Positions 20,409-32,419 of a DNA stretch of 64,000 nt are shown here, piece after piece. Origin of the DNA: the human T2T-CHM13v2.0 reference genome, Homo sapiens; NCBI RefSeq assembly GCF_009914755.1, contig NC_060944.1, one strand, 5' to 3'. Under the pieces are notes generated by a model, which saw only the letters and a list, made by a program, of their open reading frames with translations, was not told where the DNA came from and searched no databases. Position 1 is the first letter of the stretch; each line of letters starts with the position of its first letter. Position numbers and translations under genes: made by a program.

Positions 20409-21429
20409 AATCATGAACACTATGGAGCACTTTGAAATCCATGATTCTTAATCTTGACTCTGCAGAGCTTTGGGGGTTCCTTCAAGACCTTTACACATAC
20501 CTACAGGAGAAAGGGGTGAGGCATAAGGCTGTGGCTGGGAACCCTCACCTCCTTTTTCCATACTGAACTTCTATACATACTAGATTTTAAACAAAGGAAA
20601 GTTTGAAAGCCACTGATGTAACTGATCACATTTCTGTCCTTGCAGTGGCTGCCTGGAAGCTCAGCATCTAATTCTCAGTTCTCCACTGACAAGTGTCCAG
20701 GACCTTCTAGCTCACATTTTGTGTGCAAACCTTACCTTGACTTTCTTTTGTTTTCTTTCCTGTTTCCCTGTTGTCTGCTTTTCTTGTTTTCTTTATTCTG
20801 CTGCCATATATATGGTTTTATATGTTGCCTCAAATCCTTTTTGGAAAGAGCCAAGGTTTAAGTGAATGTATTTTAAAAAATTGAATGCTTTTTCTGTAGA
20901 GGTGACCTTTGCAGGTGGGAAAGGAATATGTTTAGAAAAAAGGCATGATTTGTAGAATTCACATGTGTGTTTGTAGGATATGTATATACATATCCTACAA
21001 TGAATATACATACATTGGATATATTGTGAGGTTCATAGTTTTCAAAATTAATGTGTTTTTCTGGCTTTAGAGGGCATTTACTTGGAAGACTGGAGTGGGG
21101 GAAATGTGTTTTACTCCAAGGTAGGCATGACTGTGGACTACACCACAAAGAATCTGCTGTATGGCTTAGCACTTTCAAATTTTGTTTGGGATCATTTTGC
21201 TGGTTGTTATCAAATGAGGACAAATACTTAACAAAGAGATAGCAAGGGAAGAAAGAGACAGAAAGGGGGTGCTTCTACATAGGAAGGTGGCTGAATTTTC
21301 AGGGTCTTGAATTAGCATTGGGGGCTTAAGTCCTATCAGCTTCTGCTCATCTGCTGTGACTCTGTGGTCAAGGTCTCACTCTCCCAAAGATAGGGATTCT
21401 CTTCCTCTGCTGTATATTGGAATCACCTA

Positions 21430-21873
<444 letters not shown>

Positions 21874-22224
21874 TCACAGCGCTAAGAGAAGGAAAAATAA
21901 AATTAATAAGCACCTGCCTCCTGCTTATCTCTCAGGGTCGTTGGGGTGTGTCTGTAATTTATGAAATAATGGGCCAGATTCTGGGGAAGGAATAAAATGG
22001 TATGAAGGAAATAGATTAACCCTTTGCATTCTATAGGGTACCTTTGGTTAACAAGTGTTCAAGATTTTTCCCCATGAGCCACAGGAAGAAACATTTCACA
22101 TCCTGACCAAAGATATAGATATAGATATGGATATAGATATAGATACAGATACATGTGTGTATATATATATGTATGTATGTATACGTATATATGATATACG
22201 TATACATATATACATATATATCTC

Positions 22225-22555
22225 TCCATTGTAAATTGAAAATATCCTAAGTTCAAAATGCATTTAATACGCCTAACCTACTGAACATCATAGCTCAGCC
22301 TAACCTACCTTAAATGCACTCAGAACACTTGCATTACCTCGCAGTTGGGCAAAATCATCTAATACAAAGCCTATTTTATAATACAGTTTTGAATATCTCA
22401 TGAAATTTATCAAATATTTTGCTGAAAGTGAAAAATAGAATGGTTGTATGGGTATCTCAATTGTGGTTTCTACTGAATACACATCACTTTCACATCGTCA
22501 TAAAGTCAAAAAAATCATTAAGTGAAACCATCATAAATTGGGGACCATATGTATA
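22225..22555. mobile_element. MER47A (TcMar-Tigger), preceded by a TA/TAGATA microsatellite (~22110-22222)
   Basis: 'aatgcatttaatacgcctaacctactgaacatcatagct...gttgggcaaaatcatctaa...ggggacca'. Confidence 0.8.
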
Positions 22556-23094
22556 CATTTAACTATATATAGGGGATCATATGTATATATGTAACTATAT
22601 ATGTATAGGTATGTATATATATTCTTACTGCATACAATTCACTTGATATTTCCTATTCCAGTCTATTCCTTTAGGAAAAAAAAATTAAGGTTCACAGGCC
22701 AAGACAAATTAAACACCTCTGAAGGTCATTAAGATGCTCAATTTATAATGACTTGGAGCACTTAGCAAAGATACTATGGGAAGTGAAGCTGTGTGTACAG
22801 TAATAATATTTGTTGAGCAATTGCTAGTGCCAGCTGCAGTCATAGTAGAAAGTGTTTTATGAGCATGAGCTCCATGAATTTTCACAATAATAGTATAAGA
22901 TGAGTACTGTTATTTTCACTTTAGTGATGAGAAAATCAAGGCCAAGTACATATGTACATTCTGCCTCTAGAAGACAGAAGCAGAGCCATCTCCAAGCCTA
23001 CTGCGGCAGGCCCAGAGAAGAGAACAACCATGTTTACTGAATACATTTGCTTCTGTCTGAAGTTTGGGGAGTAGAAAGCGGAGTAAGCTATGAC

Positions 23095-23540
23095 CAGAGG
23101 TGGGTCTGGGAATGGTGAGGCCTGATACATGTATAATTTGCAGCCCCTATTCAAGAAAAAGAGTACAAAATTATGAGTCCAAGATTAGATAAGAAAATGA
23201 TTATTTCTTTAAATTAAGAAAAGAAATCACAACAAATTCAAATTTTAAGAAGCTGAAAATTACCACAAACATCACAAAATTCCCAACTCAACTTTCCTCC
23301 AAAATGCCAGCAGCCACCTGACACCACCCTACTCAAGGGCAAGTTGGGGGTGGGGAATCGGAGTGGAAAGACAGCGGTGTCTACGGCCTGCAGCCAAATG
23401 TCCAAAGCAAAGGACTTTTGTAAACTTTACATCAACAAGCCACCATCTGAACACTTTTCTAAGTCCCCTTAGAAAGGGGTCCAAGCAAGTCAGGGGCCCA
23501 AGAACTTAACCTTCATCAGCTCCTGTAAACTTACAACTGG
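23095..23540 (-). mobile_element. hAT-Tip100 element (MER115/Zaphod-like)
   Basis: The reverse end resembles 'gaagctaatgaagcttaagcttcagggcccctcacttgc'. Confidence 0.5.
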
Positions 23541-23737
23541 AATTGAAGACTGTTACGGCTCAAGAGCAACGGCTTTGGAGTCAGCCAGGCCTGAATTTCA
23601 TTCCTGGCTCAGCCACTTTCTGCCTTCTTTGAGCTTGGACCTGCTCATTTGTGAAATGAGTGTGCTGACAGCAGCTACCTTGGGGTCTCTCTTGGGGATT
23701 ACATGAGATAAGGAAGAGTTGGGCATTGGATGAGCTT

Positions 23738-23905
23738 AAGGTTGCAAATAAAAATATAGGACCCCCGGTTACATTGGAATTTCGGAGACAAAAGAAATAC
23801 TTTTTAAATATAAGTACGTACAACCAATCGCATAAGACATATACTGCAACTGATTCCTCGTTTCTCTGAAATTCAAATTCACCTGGGTGCCCTGTCTTTT
23901 ACTGC
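23738..23905. mobile_element. MER53 (palindromic hAT MITE)
   Basis: 'gcaaataaaaatatagga...cggttacattggaatttc...tctgaaattcaaattcacctgggtgccctgt'. Confidence 0.7.
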
Positions 23906-24239
23906 ACTTAAGAAATGACAGTGGTTGATATTGCTTTTGGATTGAAGCATCCTGGGTGTCCCACGGTGGAATTCATAGACATTAGAGAGTGGGTGACGGG
24001 CTAGGAAAGGCTGCATAGACTCCAATTAACACAGTTCATTGCCAGGGAGACTAAAAGGGGGGTGGCTATGAGAGGATGGAGTAAGTGGGGTGCCTTGATT
24101 TGGGCATGTAGGTGGAGGGGGCTATACCTCTCACTTTCACTAAACCAGTTAAGCTCTTGAGACCTCAGTTTCCTTAGCTGTAAAATGGGTGAAACATAGG
24201 GGAGACCCCTGAACCGTTCTCACCTAAATACCACACCAA

Positions 24240-24560
24240 TGGCACTTCCTCATAATTCAGATGTCACCTCCTCAGAGAGGTCTTCCCTGACTGCTCTAGC
24301 TAAAATTACCGCCTCTCCTCCACTCCCCAACAGCAGATACATATATTATTTTTCTCCCTGTAACTCTAACTTTCTGAAACTGTCTTGCTTCTTTACTTGG
24401 TTATTTGTTTATGGTTTGCCTCTCCATGTGAATGCAAGTTCCGGGAGGGCAGAAAACTAGTCTGTCTTGTTCTAGCTGAGTCTCTCAGGAGTGGTACCTG
24501 GCACAGTAGATGCTCAATATATTTTGAATGAATGAATGGGTGGTTGAGTGAACGAATGTT
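24240..24560 (+). mobile_element. L2 3' end abutting the CpG island
   Basis: 'tgtcacctcctcagagagg...cctggcacagtagatgctcaatatattttgaatgaatgaatg'. Confidence 0.8.
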
Positions 24561-24865
24561 AGTGTCACTATTGAGGTCCTCTCCGAGCCGTCGTTCCTTT
24601 CACAGGGGTCATGCCTGGGTTGCAGGGAGGATGTGCTGCCCCGGGGAGGGAGGAGGTGCGGGGTGTCGGTGGGTGGGGAGGAGGCTGGGCCCTGGCCTCC
24701 AGGACCGGCGAGAGTGAGCGCGCTCTGCTCGGCTGCAGGCTCAGGAAGCGGCGCGGCGGCAGCTGCTGGGCCAGAGCCCCGCGCCCTGCGTCCAGCCGCC
24801 GGGTGTGTGCGCCCGCGTAGCCCAGCGTCGCGCCTCGGCGCCCCCACGCGCCCACGCAGCGGCGC

Positions 24866-24905
24866 GGGGACCCGGGCGGGGGCAGAGGGAGGGCCCGGCC
24901 CAGGG
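24866..24905 (+). promoter_or_regulatory. Putative G-quadruplex / Sp-KLF site cluster just upstream of exon 1
   Basis: GGGGACCCGGGCGGGGGCAGAGGGAGGGCCCGGCCCAGGG contains six runs of at least 3 G with short loops. Confidence 0.6.
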
Positions 24906-24929
24906 AGGAGAAGGGGCCGGTCCTCCCGG

Positions 24930-25081
24930 CGCAGGCAGCAGCCGCGGCAGCCCAGGAGGCGGAGGCAGCGGCAACGGCAGAGACAGCAACGTGCCCGCCG
25001 CAGTCAGCCCGGCCTCGTCGGACCCGCACCGGCCCGCCCGCCCGCCCGCACCGCGTCGGGGCGCCCTCTCCACTGCGCGCG
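24930..25081 (+). other. EYA2: Non-coding first exon (5' UTR) of EYA2; TSS approximate
   Basis: ATG-free GC-rich segment ending CACTGCGCGCG|GTGAGT (consensus donor, intron starts at 25082). Matches my recollection of the EYA2 mRNA 5' UTR (...CTCTCCACTGCGCGCG|GTACAAGGAAATG...). The gene identity is from memory, not from a search. Confidence 0.8.
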
Positions 25082-28000
25082 GTGAGTACCGCCAGCGGCG
25101 CCCACCCCAGGCCGCCCGCCGGGATTCGCCGGGCGGGGGGAGTTGTTCACCGGGACCCCCTCGCCCTGCGCCTCTTTCTGGCACTCGCCAAGCGGGGCCT
25201 CCGCAGCTGTCGGGACGTTCTGGGGCGCACGGGCCTCCCAGGGCCAGGAAGGCACAAGGGCAGAGGGGACAGCAGCAGAGCCCCCCTCTGGAAAGGCTCT
25301 CCCAGGCTCGGGGCCCCAGTTTCCCCATGCGCTTTGGGGCAACGACCCTGAAGTTTGCTCTCCCGCGCGCGGGACAAGTGCATGGCGCGCAGGCGGTGTA
25401 GACGCGGCTGGGTCCTTGGCGTTTTGTTCGATTATGGTCCCGGCGGTTCGCGATAAGGGGCGCTCCCCCAGTCCGCAAACTCAAGCCCTCAGGTAGTGTT
25501 TATGGGATAACCAAGAAGCAGAGCCAACCGCTGGAATCCCGGCTTGGGGCTGGAACGGCCCGCTGAGACTTTGCCTTCTAGCTATTGATATATTTCTTTT
25601 CAAAAGTCCGTTTGCGCTCGGCCCGCTCTGGTTCAGGTCTGGGGCTTTGAACCGGGGCAGGGAATCCTGGCGCCTGCTGCGGGTAGAGTTGAAACTTAGA
25701 AAAGTTTACATCCGAAGGGTGTTTAGAAGGCGGCAAGGATTTCGTTGTAATGGGAGAAAGTGGGAAATGGAATTGTTTTTTAGTCATGAAGTCTGGAGGT
25801 TAAACGGCCGTGCTGGCCCAGGCTCCTTCAATATATTCCTGCCTGCCTCCCCCCCAGCAATAAATAGTTTATAAGCTCAAGGAATACTAGGAAAGCGTGA
25901 CTGGTGAACGTACTCCTATCGCAAAAGACTCAGTGCGCTTTTCTCAGCTGTTGAACTGGAAGCGCCTTTTGCAGTGCGAGGTTCCTGCTTCCCCGAAGCC
26001 GAGGCTGAGAGTTGACAGCGTGCACCCTGCCGCGGTCTGAATTCTTTTTAAAAAGCAAGACCGATGCTGCGTTTTTATGGATACCCTTTTCTTTTCTTTC
26101 CCCTTCCCCGAAATGCTATGTAATCTTCAATTACTTTTTAAAATATAACGTGGAGGTATAAATCACCCCGGTAAGAGGTACCTTTTAATTACGAGGTGCA
26201 GTGGAAGAGCTGAACATTGGAATCTAGCTGTTAGCGAGGGCGGAGGGGCAGGAGGATGATTTACAAACATCATGTAAGAATTTGAGCACTGAATTATGTT
26301 TGAGTTAGGGAGATCCCTTACAAAGGAAATTATAACCAGTGGACAATTGTATTTCAAACCGAATCTATTAATTTCATGAGCCGTTTCTTGATTGAGTGAA
26401 ATGTCTGTGACCATAATAGATACAGAACTAGTAAGCACCTTACCAGACTATGACCCATTTGTTAGCAACTAACATACACATGTAACCATCCTGCTTACAA
26501 AAAAAAAAAGAGGTACACAAAGAAAGAGTGGGAGGAGAGAACCTCTTTTTCAAAATAATCTTTGTGAAAGAATCTTTCACAATTTTACTCGATAAATAAA
26601 TGTTCATTTTTTCCACTTGTCTTTCTTCATCACCTTAAGCCCCTTCATCCTTTACATATCTTTGCATTTAGACACTCTCACACTTGGGTAAGTTCTTCTA
26701 TAATTTATATAACAAATAACAAATGATAGTGGTTTGAATCTTGCTTTTGACTAAGCATTAAATTGTGTTTGTATTAAAAAAAATCTCCTTGCCTTCGTAG
26801 CAAACTCTTAACTTTTGCCATTGTGAAAAGACCAATGTGGTTAGATGCAAAAGAGCCTGAACTTTTTTTTACTTTAAAGCAGTTTATATGTCCCCATTCT
26901 CTTGTAACTTCAGCTTCACAATATCATTCACTATTTTATCTGAAAGGAATTGGCATTTTTCTTTTCTGTCTTAAAATAGCTCACCTGGTGTTGTGACCAT
27001 GTGTATGAGAATACTCTATAAACACACAAATCACTTCCCCAATATCAGAAAAACTAAAGGAAATATAAAATAAAATAAAAAGATGTGTATCTCAATACTT
27101 TAGGATTTTTTTAAAAAGTTTTCATCACGTAAGTTTTAGAATCTTCTTTTCATGTCTTTTGTTTTGCATTAAACACATCATAAAGAGGTATGATTTGTTG
27201 ACTTGTTATAGGATTACCATTTGGCAAAAACGCCCAAGACACGCTGTTTCAAATATGTGGTATTACTTCTGCTTTAAATTGCGTGTAAGAGATTGCAAAC
27301 CTTGTTCCAGATGGATAAATTGATAAAATGCTAGCTGCTGTTGGGAGAATGGAAAAGCCCTCAGCAAAAAGGCTCTGTGGTGTAGCTAAGTACATTTTGA
27401 ATTAGGGTGAGCAAGCTATGGAGACCCCAGCCGTTTGTGAAAAAATATACACAGTCCAAGCACGTCCACTTTAAGACGTTGTTGGATCCTCCGTGACAAG
27501 ATGACTCCTTTCCCACAAAGAAGAAACCGTTTCCTTATTTTTTCAGTTACTTTTCCAAAGACAACTTGCATCGGGCGCAAGAGAGCAGAGTTATGCAGAA
27601 ATCCAACCGTAACCAGCTCAGAGCGAGGACTCATTCTCTCTCCTTCCACCAGATGTTTTTTAGGTGTCCTCAGCTGGAATGCCCAGTTTGAAACTAATTA
27701 GGCCAGCAGTAAACTCCTTGTATAATAAAATCGCAGGCCGTAATGGTGAATAAGTGAGGTTCCCAGCCGCTTATGACAGATGCCTTTCTGGGCAGAGAGA
27801 GAAGAGAGCCTGTGGCTGTCAGGAGAAAATGAAGGGAGTGGAGGTGCCTTCTTTAGACACATGCCTTTCCTAAGTATCCACGCACATGATCGCAGAGCGG
27901 AGGAGTGGAAGTTGCGACTGGGGTAGAGTTTTGTCTTTGCTGGGCAGGCCTCCTTCATACAAAGATGCTTGGGGGAGAATCAATTATAAGTATTAGGCAG

Positions 28001-28482
28001 TGTCTTCAGGTCTTAGGTGTATGCTGTGTGTGTGTGTGCAAAGGCTTGGGGAGAAGGATTGGTGTCACGTGCGGGGCAGTGTAAAAAACTTAACTGCTTC
28101 CCACCTGGGCACAAAATGAAAAGAAAGACTGCCTGGCCTGACATAAATTCCTTGGGAGAGAGGAGAACCTGCTCCCCCAGAGACTTTTGATAAAGGGAGA
28201 ATTCGCCTAATGATGTGGTTCCCCTTATCTGTGAGGTTTGTGAGGGTGAAGGAGTTGGTTAGTCTGTTACCTCCAAAGGCTGGACTTTCTGACTAAGACT
28301 GGGTTTTGTTGGTGGAAGGAACCGGGTTTTTTGGGTTTTTGTGTTGGTTTTTTTTTTTTTTGGTTGTTTTTGTTTTTGTTTTTTTTAGCTAACTGTTCTG
28401 AAAAAGGAGTTGGTAGACTGTGCTCAAAAGGAATCTCTTTACAAAGAATTAATCCCAGAGTTAAGAAAACACAGCCTGTTGA

Positions 28483-28487
<5 letters not shown>

Positions 28488-28518
<31 letters not shown>
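28488..28518. repeat. (CA)n microsatellite
   Basis: About 15 CA units. Confidence 0.9.
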
Positions 28519-28519
<1 letters not shown>

Positions 28520-31500
28520 ACAATTCTTCACTCACTCCCAACCCTCTTCCCTGATCTCCATCCCCCAATGTCATAACAGCTTCCTGAATGGCCCACTTCT
28601 CCCCACTATCATTTGTGGCAGTTCAAACAGTCCTAAACATACAAAACAAAAAGAAGATTCTGGTAAGAAAACAATTAGCAGAGAATTCGCTGGAGACAAT
28701 GCTTCGTTTTCACTGTTTGAAGATCGTAACTGGCCTAATGGTGTTTGACTAACACCCTTTTCTAGTCGGAGGAGGATAAACACCCCCTCCGTCAGGTGGT
28801 AAATACTTGAAGTGACAGTAACTGAGGCTGCAGACCCACTTGTGTTATTGTAAATGAATCAGAGGGGCAAGACCTTGTTCTTTACGGCGTGTGATTTAAA
28901 ATCAGTTTTAAGGTACCTGCCAGGTGTATTTAGAGGAAAAGGCATGAAGGAAGCCACAGGCTTATACATTCATTTTTAGTGCATATTTCTTTTTGTTCAT
29001 TTTCATCCTATTGAGTTCCTTTGTCATTTCTCTGACTTGCAAATTATACCCTTCTGTTTAATAGTAATGATGAAAATAGCTGCTGTTTATTGAGAACTGG
29101 TATACCAGGCCTGCAGTCAGCTCTTCACGTGTATTTTTAAAGTGGATTCTTGCCGCAACCCCTTGAGTATTATTATCATTATTTCAACTTTGTTAACAAG
29201 GAAACTGAGTCGCAGGTCAAATGACCGACACAGGGCCAGACTGAGTGAAAATGAAATCTACGCTTTTGCTTCTCTGCAAAGTATGCCTTATCCATGTGCA
29301 ATACAAGCTTTGGCTCAAAACATTTCTGCTATCATTTCCTTTGGAGGAAGATGCTGAATTTGGATGGTTTTAAATGCACAGAACACAGTTATTTTCTGAA
29401 CCTGCCCTGACGTTTTTTGCCACTGTCGTTTGAAATGGGGAAACAAAATCATATTAAATATTCAGGAACACAAATACAAACCTCTGTGAGCCATGACCCT
29501 TAACCGGTTGGGTATGGTTCTGTAAAGGAAAATGACGGTTTATTTAAGGGCTAATTTGATTTATTCCTTCGATACTAACACTACGCATTTCAGGTCCTAA
29601 AAAGAGTCAATAAATTTACCGGCAGTGGAGAGGCCCTAAAACATTACGGTAGGCGCAGCCCAAGTCAAGTTTACCGGAAGGTGCTGGATCGCTATGGGTG
29701 GGTGTTGTTTCGGGTTAGATTTTAAACATTTGGAGAGCAAAGAATAATTTGGAACAGGTGGTGCCGAGAGTCAGGTAGCTGGAATGATTTATCTTTGCCT
29801 CTTTGAACGTTAAGGGAGGCCACTGGTTGCCTGAATCTGGAACCAGCAGGCTGCGGGTCAGTGGGGGCTGAGAGACTCGTCTTTGGGACAAACTTTGGCA
29901 GGATCCAGGGGCTTCGTCAGCGCTGTCATCGCCTTTGGATGATAGTAGTCAGAACACAGTTGTGCCTGCTCGTGCATTTTTGAAAAGTCTGCCTCTGCCT
30001 TCAGATATATGCAGAAATCTAAAACAGGAACTTAGACGCGCCGCAATGCCAATTTAAACATCTTTAAAAATGAACAAAGTATGTAATAGAGGTTAGAAAC
30101 TCTTTTGTCATTTGGTATCAATAGTGTTGTGTCAGTAACATGAAAATGTGTGTAATTTCAATGGCATTGCACTTTCTTCTTCTTTTTTCCTTTTGAGTAT
30201 CTAGTAAAGTTACATTTTTTAAAAGTCTGTGTTCCCAGATGTAATAGATACGAACGTATCTACTTGCAGTCATTCAGAGGAGAATTGTCAACTCTCTGCT
30301 AATGTAACTAAAGGAAAAATGATAAAATCAACATATTTTTCCCCAAAGAATGAGGAACTGGAGGGTTTGACTACTGTATATGGCAACTTACTTTTGTCTC
30401 GCGTCAGCTAAATCTGTCAGTTCCCCTTTCTTTTCTATTCATCTCCCAAGAATGGCCTTTCATAACTGAAATACACGTGTATTAGCCAAAAGACATTTTA
30501 ATTTTGTAAAGAAAAATCATGCCAGAGACAGCCGGGTCTGTTTCAACCATTATTGTTTCTGCAGCATGCATACTTTGGGTTTCATGGTAAGATGTGGGTT
30601 TGTCAAGAAAGAAAATTACAGCAAGAAGCTATGCTGAAAACATATACACTTCTGTTTAAGAAATGAGAAAAACACAGAAAAATTCCACACAGTAATTGCT
30701 TTTACGTGAGTTTTAAATGTCATTGTTTGACTTATGTCAAAAAGCCCCCTTAGCCAGTTCTCTCATACTCCGTTACCAAATATCTCACCTTAAAAACAGC
30801 AAATGTTGGACTTCATTTTGATGATCTTTGAGGCTTTCAGAGATATCCTTAGTCCTAGTGGAAACATTCCAAATTTTTAGATTGTGCAGGCCATTTTTTT
30901 AAGGTTACTTAGATATCGATTTTATTTTCTTGACCCAAAATGAGAAAACACGGGGAATTCTCAAAAGCTTTTTACAGGCTGCTATTACGAGAAGAGAAGC
31001 CAAACCAACATGTATTAGGTCATGCACTTGAAGTGCATAAATAAGCCCTATGAAGGTCACCAAACAGGGTGAAAACCACTAGTTCTCGTTACCTTGGCCA
31101 CCTCTAAATTCCTGCCTGTTAGACGTGTTTGGTTGAAGTGGACACAGAAAGCGGGTTTCCGAGCCCGTGGTTGAAAGATCTCAATTTGACTTGGGTCCTC
31201 AAGGCGTCCTTGTGGTAAAGGGAGATAGGAAGGCTGAAATTCTGGTCTCCTCCCCATGGCTCCCTCTCACGGTTCCGGAGAAAAAGCAGGTACTGGGGCC
31301 TTCTCTTACTCCAAAGCAGATGTTTCCTACCTGGTATTCGGATATGCGGAAGTCAGAAGCTGAAAATAAAATGAAATGAAAATGTTCCTTCTGGTCAGTT
31401 TCTTCACCTCCCATTCCCTTCCTATAGTCACTTTGTGGTTAAGGTATTCATGGTTTCCAAAACAATTTTTTGTTCCCACTATGTTTTCTAGCATTTAAGA

Positions 31501-32419
31501 TGCAAGGTATAAGTACTCACCTTTAAATCTCTATTGATTGGCAGCTTCCTGAAATACAGAGTCAGAGAGCGTGTCCACCACGTCCTGAGTTTGGTACCAA
31601 CCCAGGTGCTGATGGAAATTCCAAGTAGGGAGAAAACGTCCTCTTCGGAGAGGCAGGGTGTCAGCGCAAAGAGGTTATTTTCTTTTGTGGGTGTGTATTA
31701 TTTGCACATATCAGGACTTTTGTTTCAGGGTGTTCTAGAAACATTGATCTCTCCAGCAAAGTTCTGCGTGTCCTTCTTGGTTGGGAAGGGAGCGGAGAGG
31801 AAGGAGCCCCGAGGAGAATCGTGCACCTTTGGCCTTTTGTGTGACTCCTAGAGTAGAGGGAAGCCTCCGCTGCTCGGAAGGTGTCACGTGGTATAACAAG
31901 TTGTGACTTGTGCCTGTGTTGTCAACAGAGTTTTAGCCCCGTCCAGACATGAAAAAGAATGGAGCCCCGAAGATGATTCACCTCCGGTCTGCGATGGGCC
32001 CAAGCTGTCCAGTGCTCTCCTCTTGCTAAACAGACCATACTCCCTGGAGGAGTTAATGGCTGGGGTGTGGAGAGAAGACCGGTAGGAGGGGAGAAAGAAT
32101 GCCTTAAACTCAGCAAATGTCTAAAACGCTCAAAATGTCTCAGCATTGCTCAGGCACCCACAAGAAAGACAAACTGATAAAAGGACATAGAATCAGGCTT
32201 TTTTTGAGGGGGAAGCACAGAGAGGTTGGGGGTTTGCTAGAGGTTTGATCTAGAGTGGACAATTTTTCTAACACCTTGGGACCCGATTTTGGAAATGTCT
32301 TCCTGTAGCCTTGCTGTCATTCCTTTGTGCTTATTTTTAGTGAATTAGTTTTGGGGATTTTCTTTTGTTTTTAAGAAAACACAGAGTTGTAAGACTTGTT
32401 TGGGAATCACAGGTTTTAT

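Larger units (their letters stand above)
24580..25700. promoter_or_regulatory. EYA2: CpG island / promoter of the + strand gene (EYA2)
   Basis: Abrupt GC- and CpG-rich stretch with many CGCG/GCGC. GC box GGGCGG at 24874-24879 and (CCCG)n at ~25033-25048. No TATA box. Spans a first exon and its splice donor. Confidence 0.92.

Noticed and set aside
24485-25496. Long overlapping ORFs (up to 247 aa) on both strands
   Set aside because: Typical stop-poor CpG-island artefacts with low-complexity G/A/P/R composition and no recognisable domain. Most cross the splice donor.
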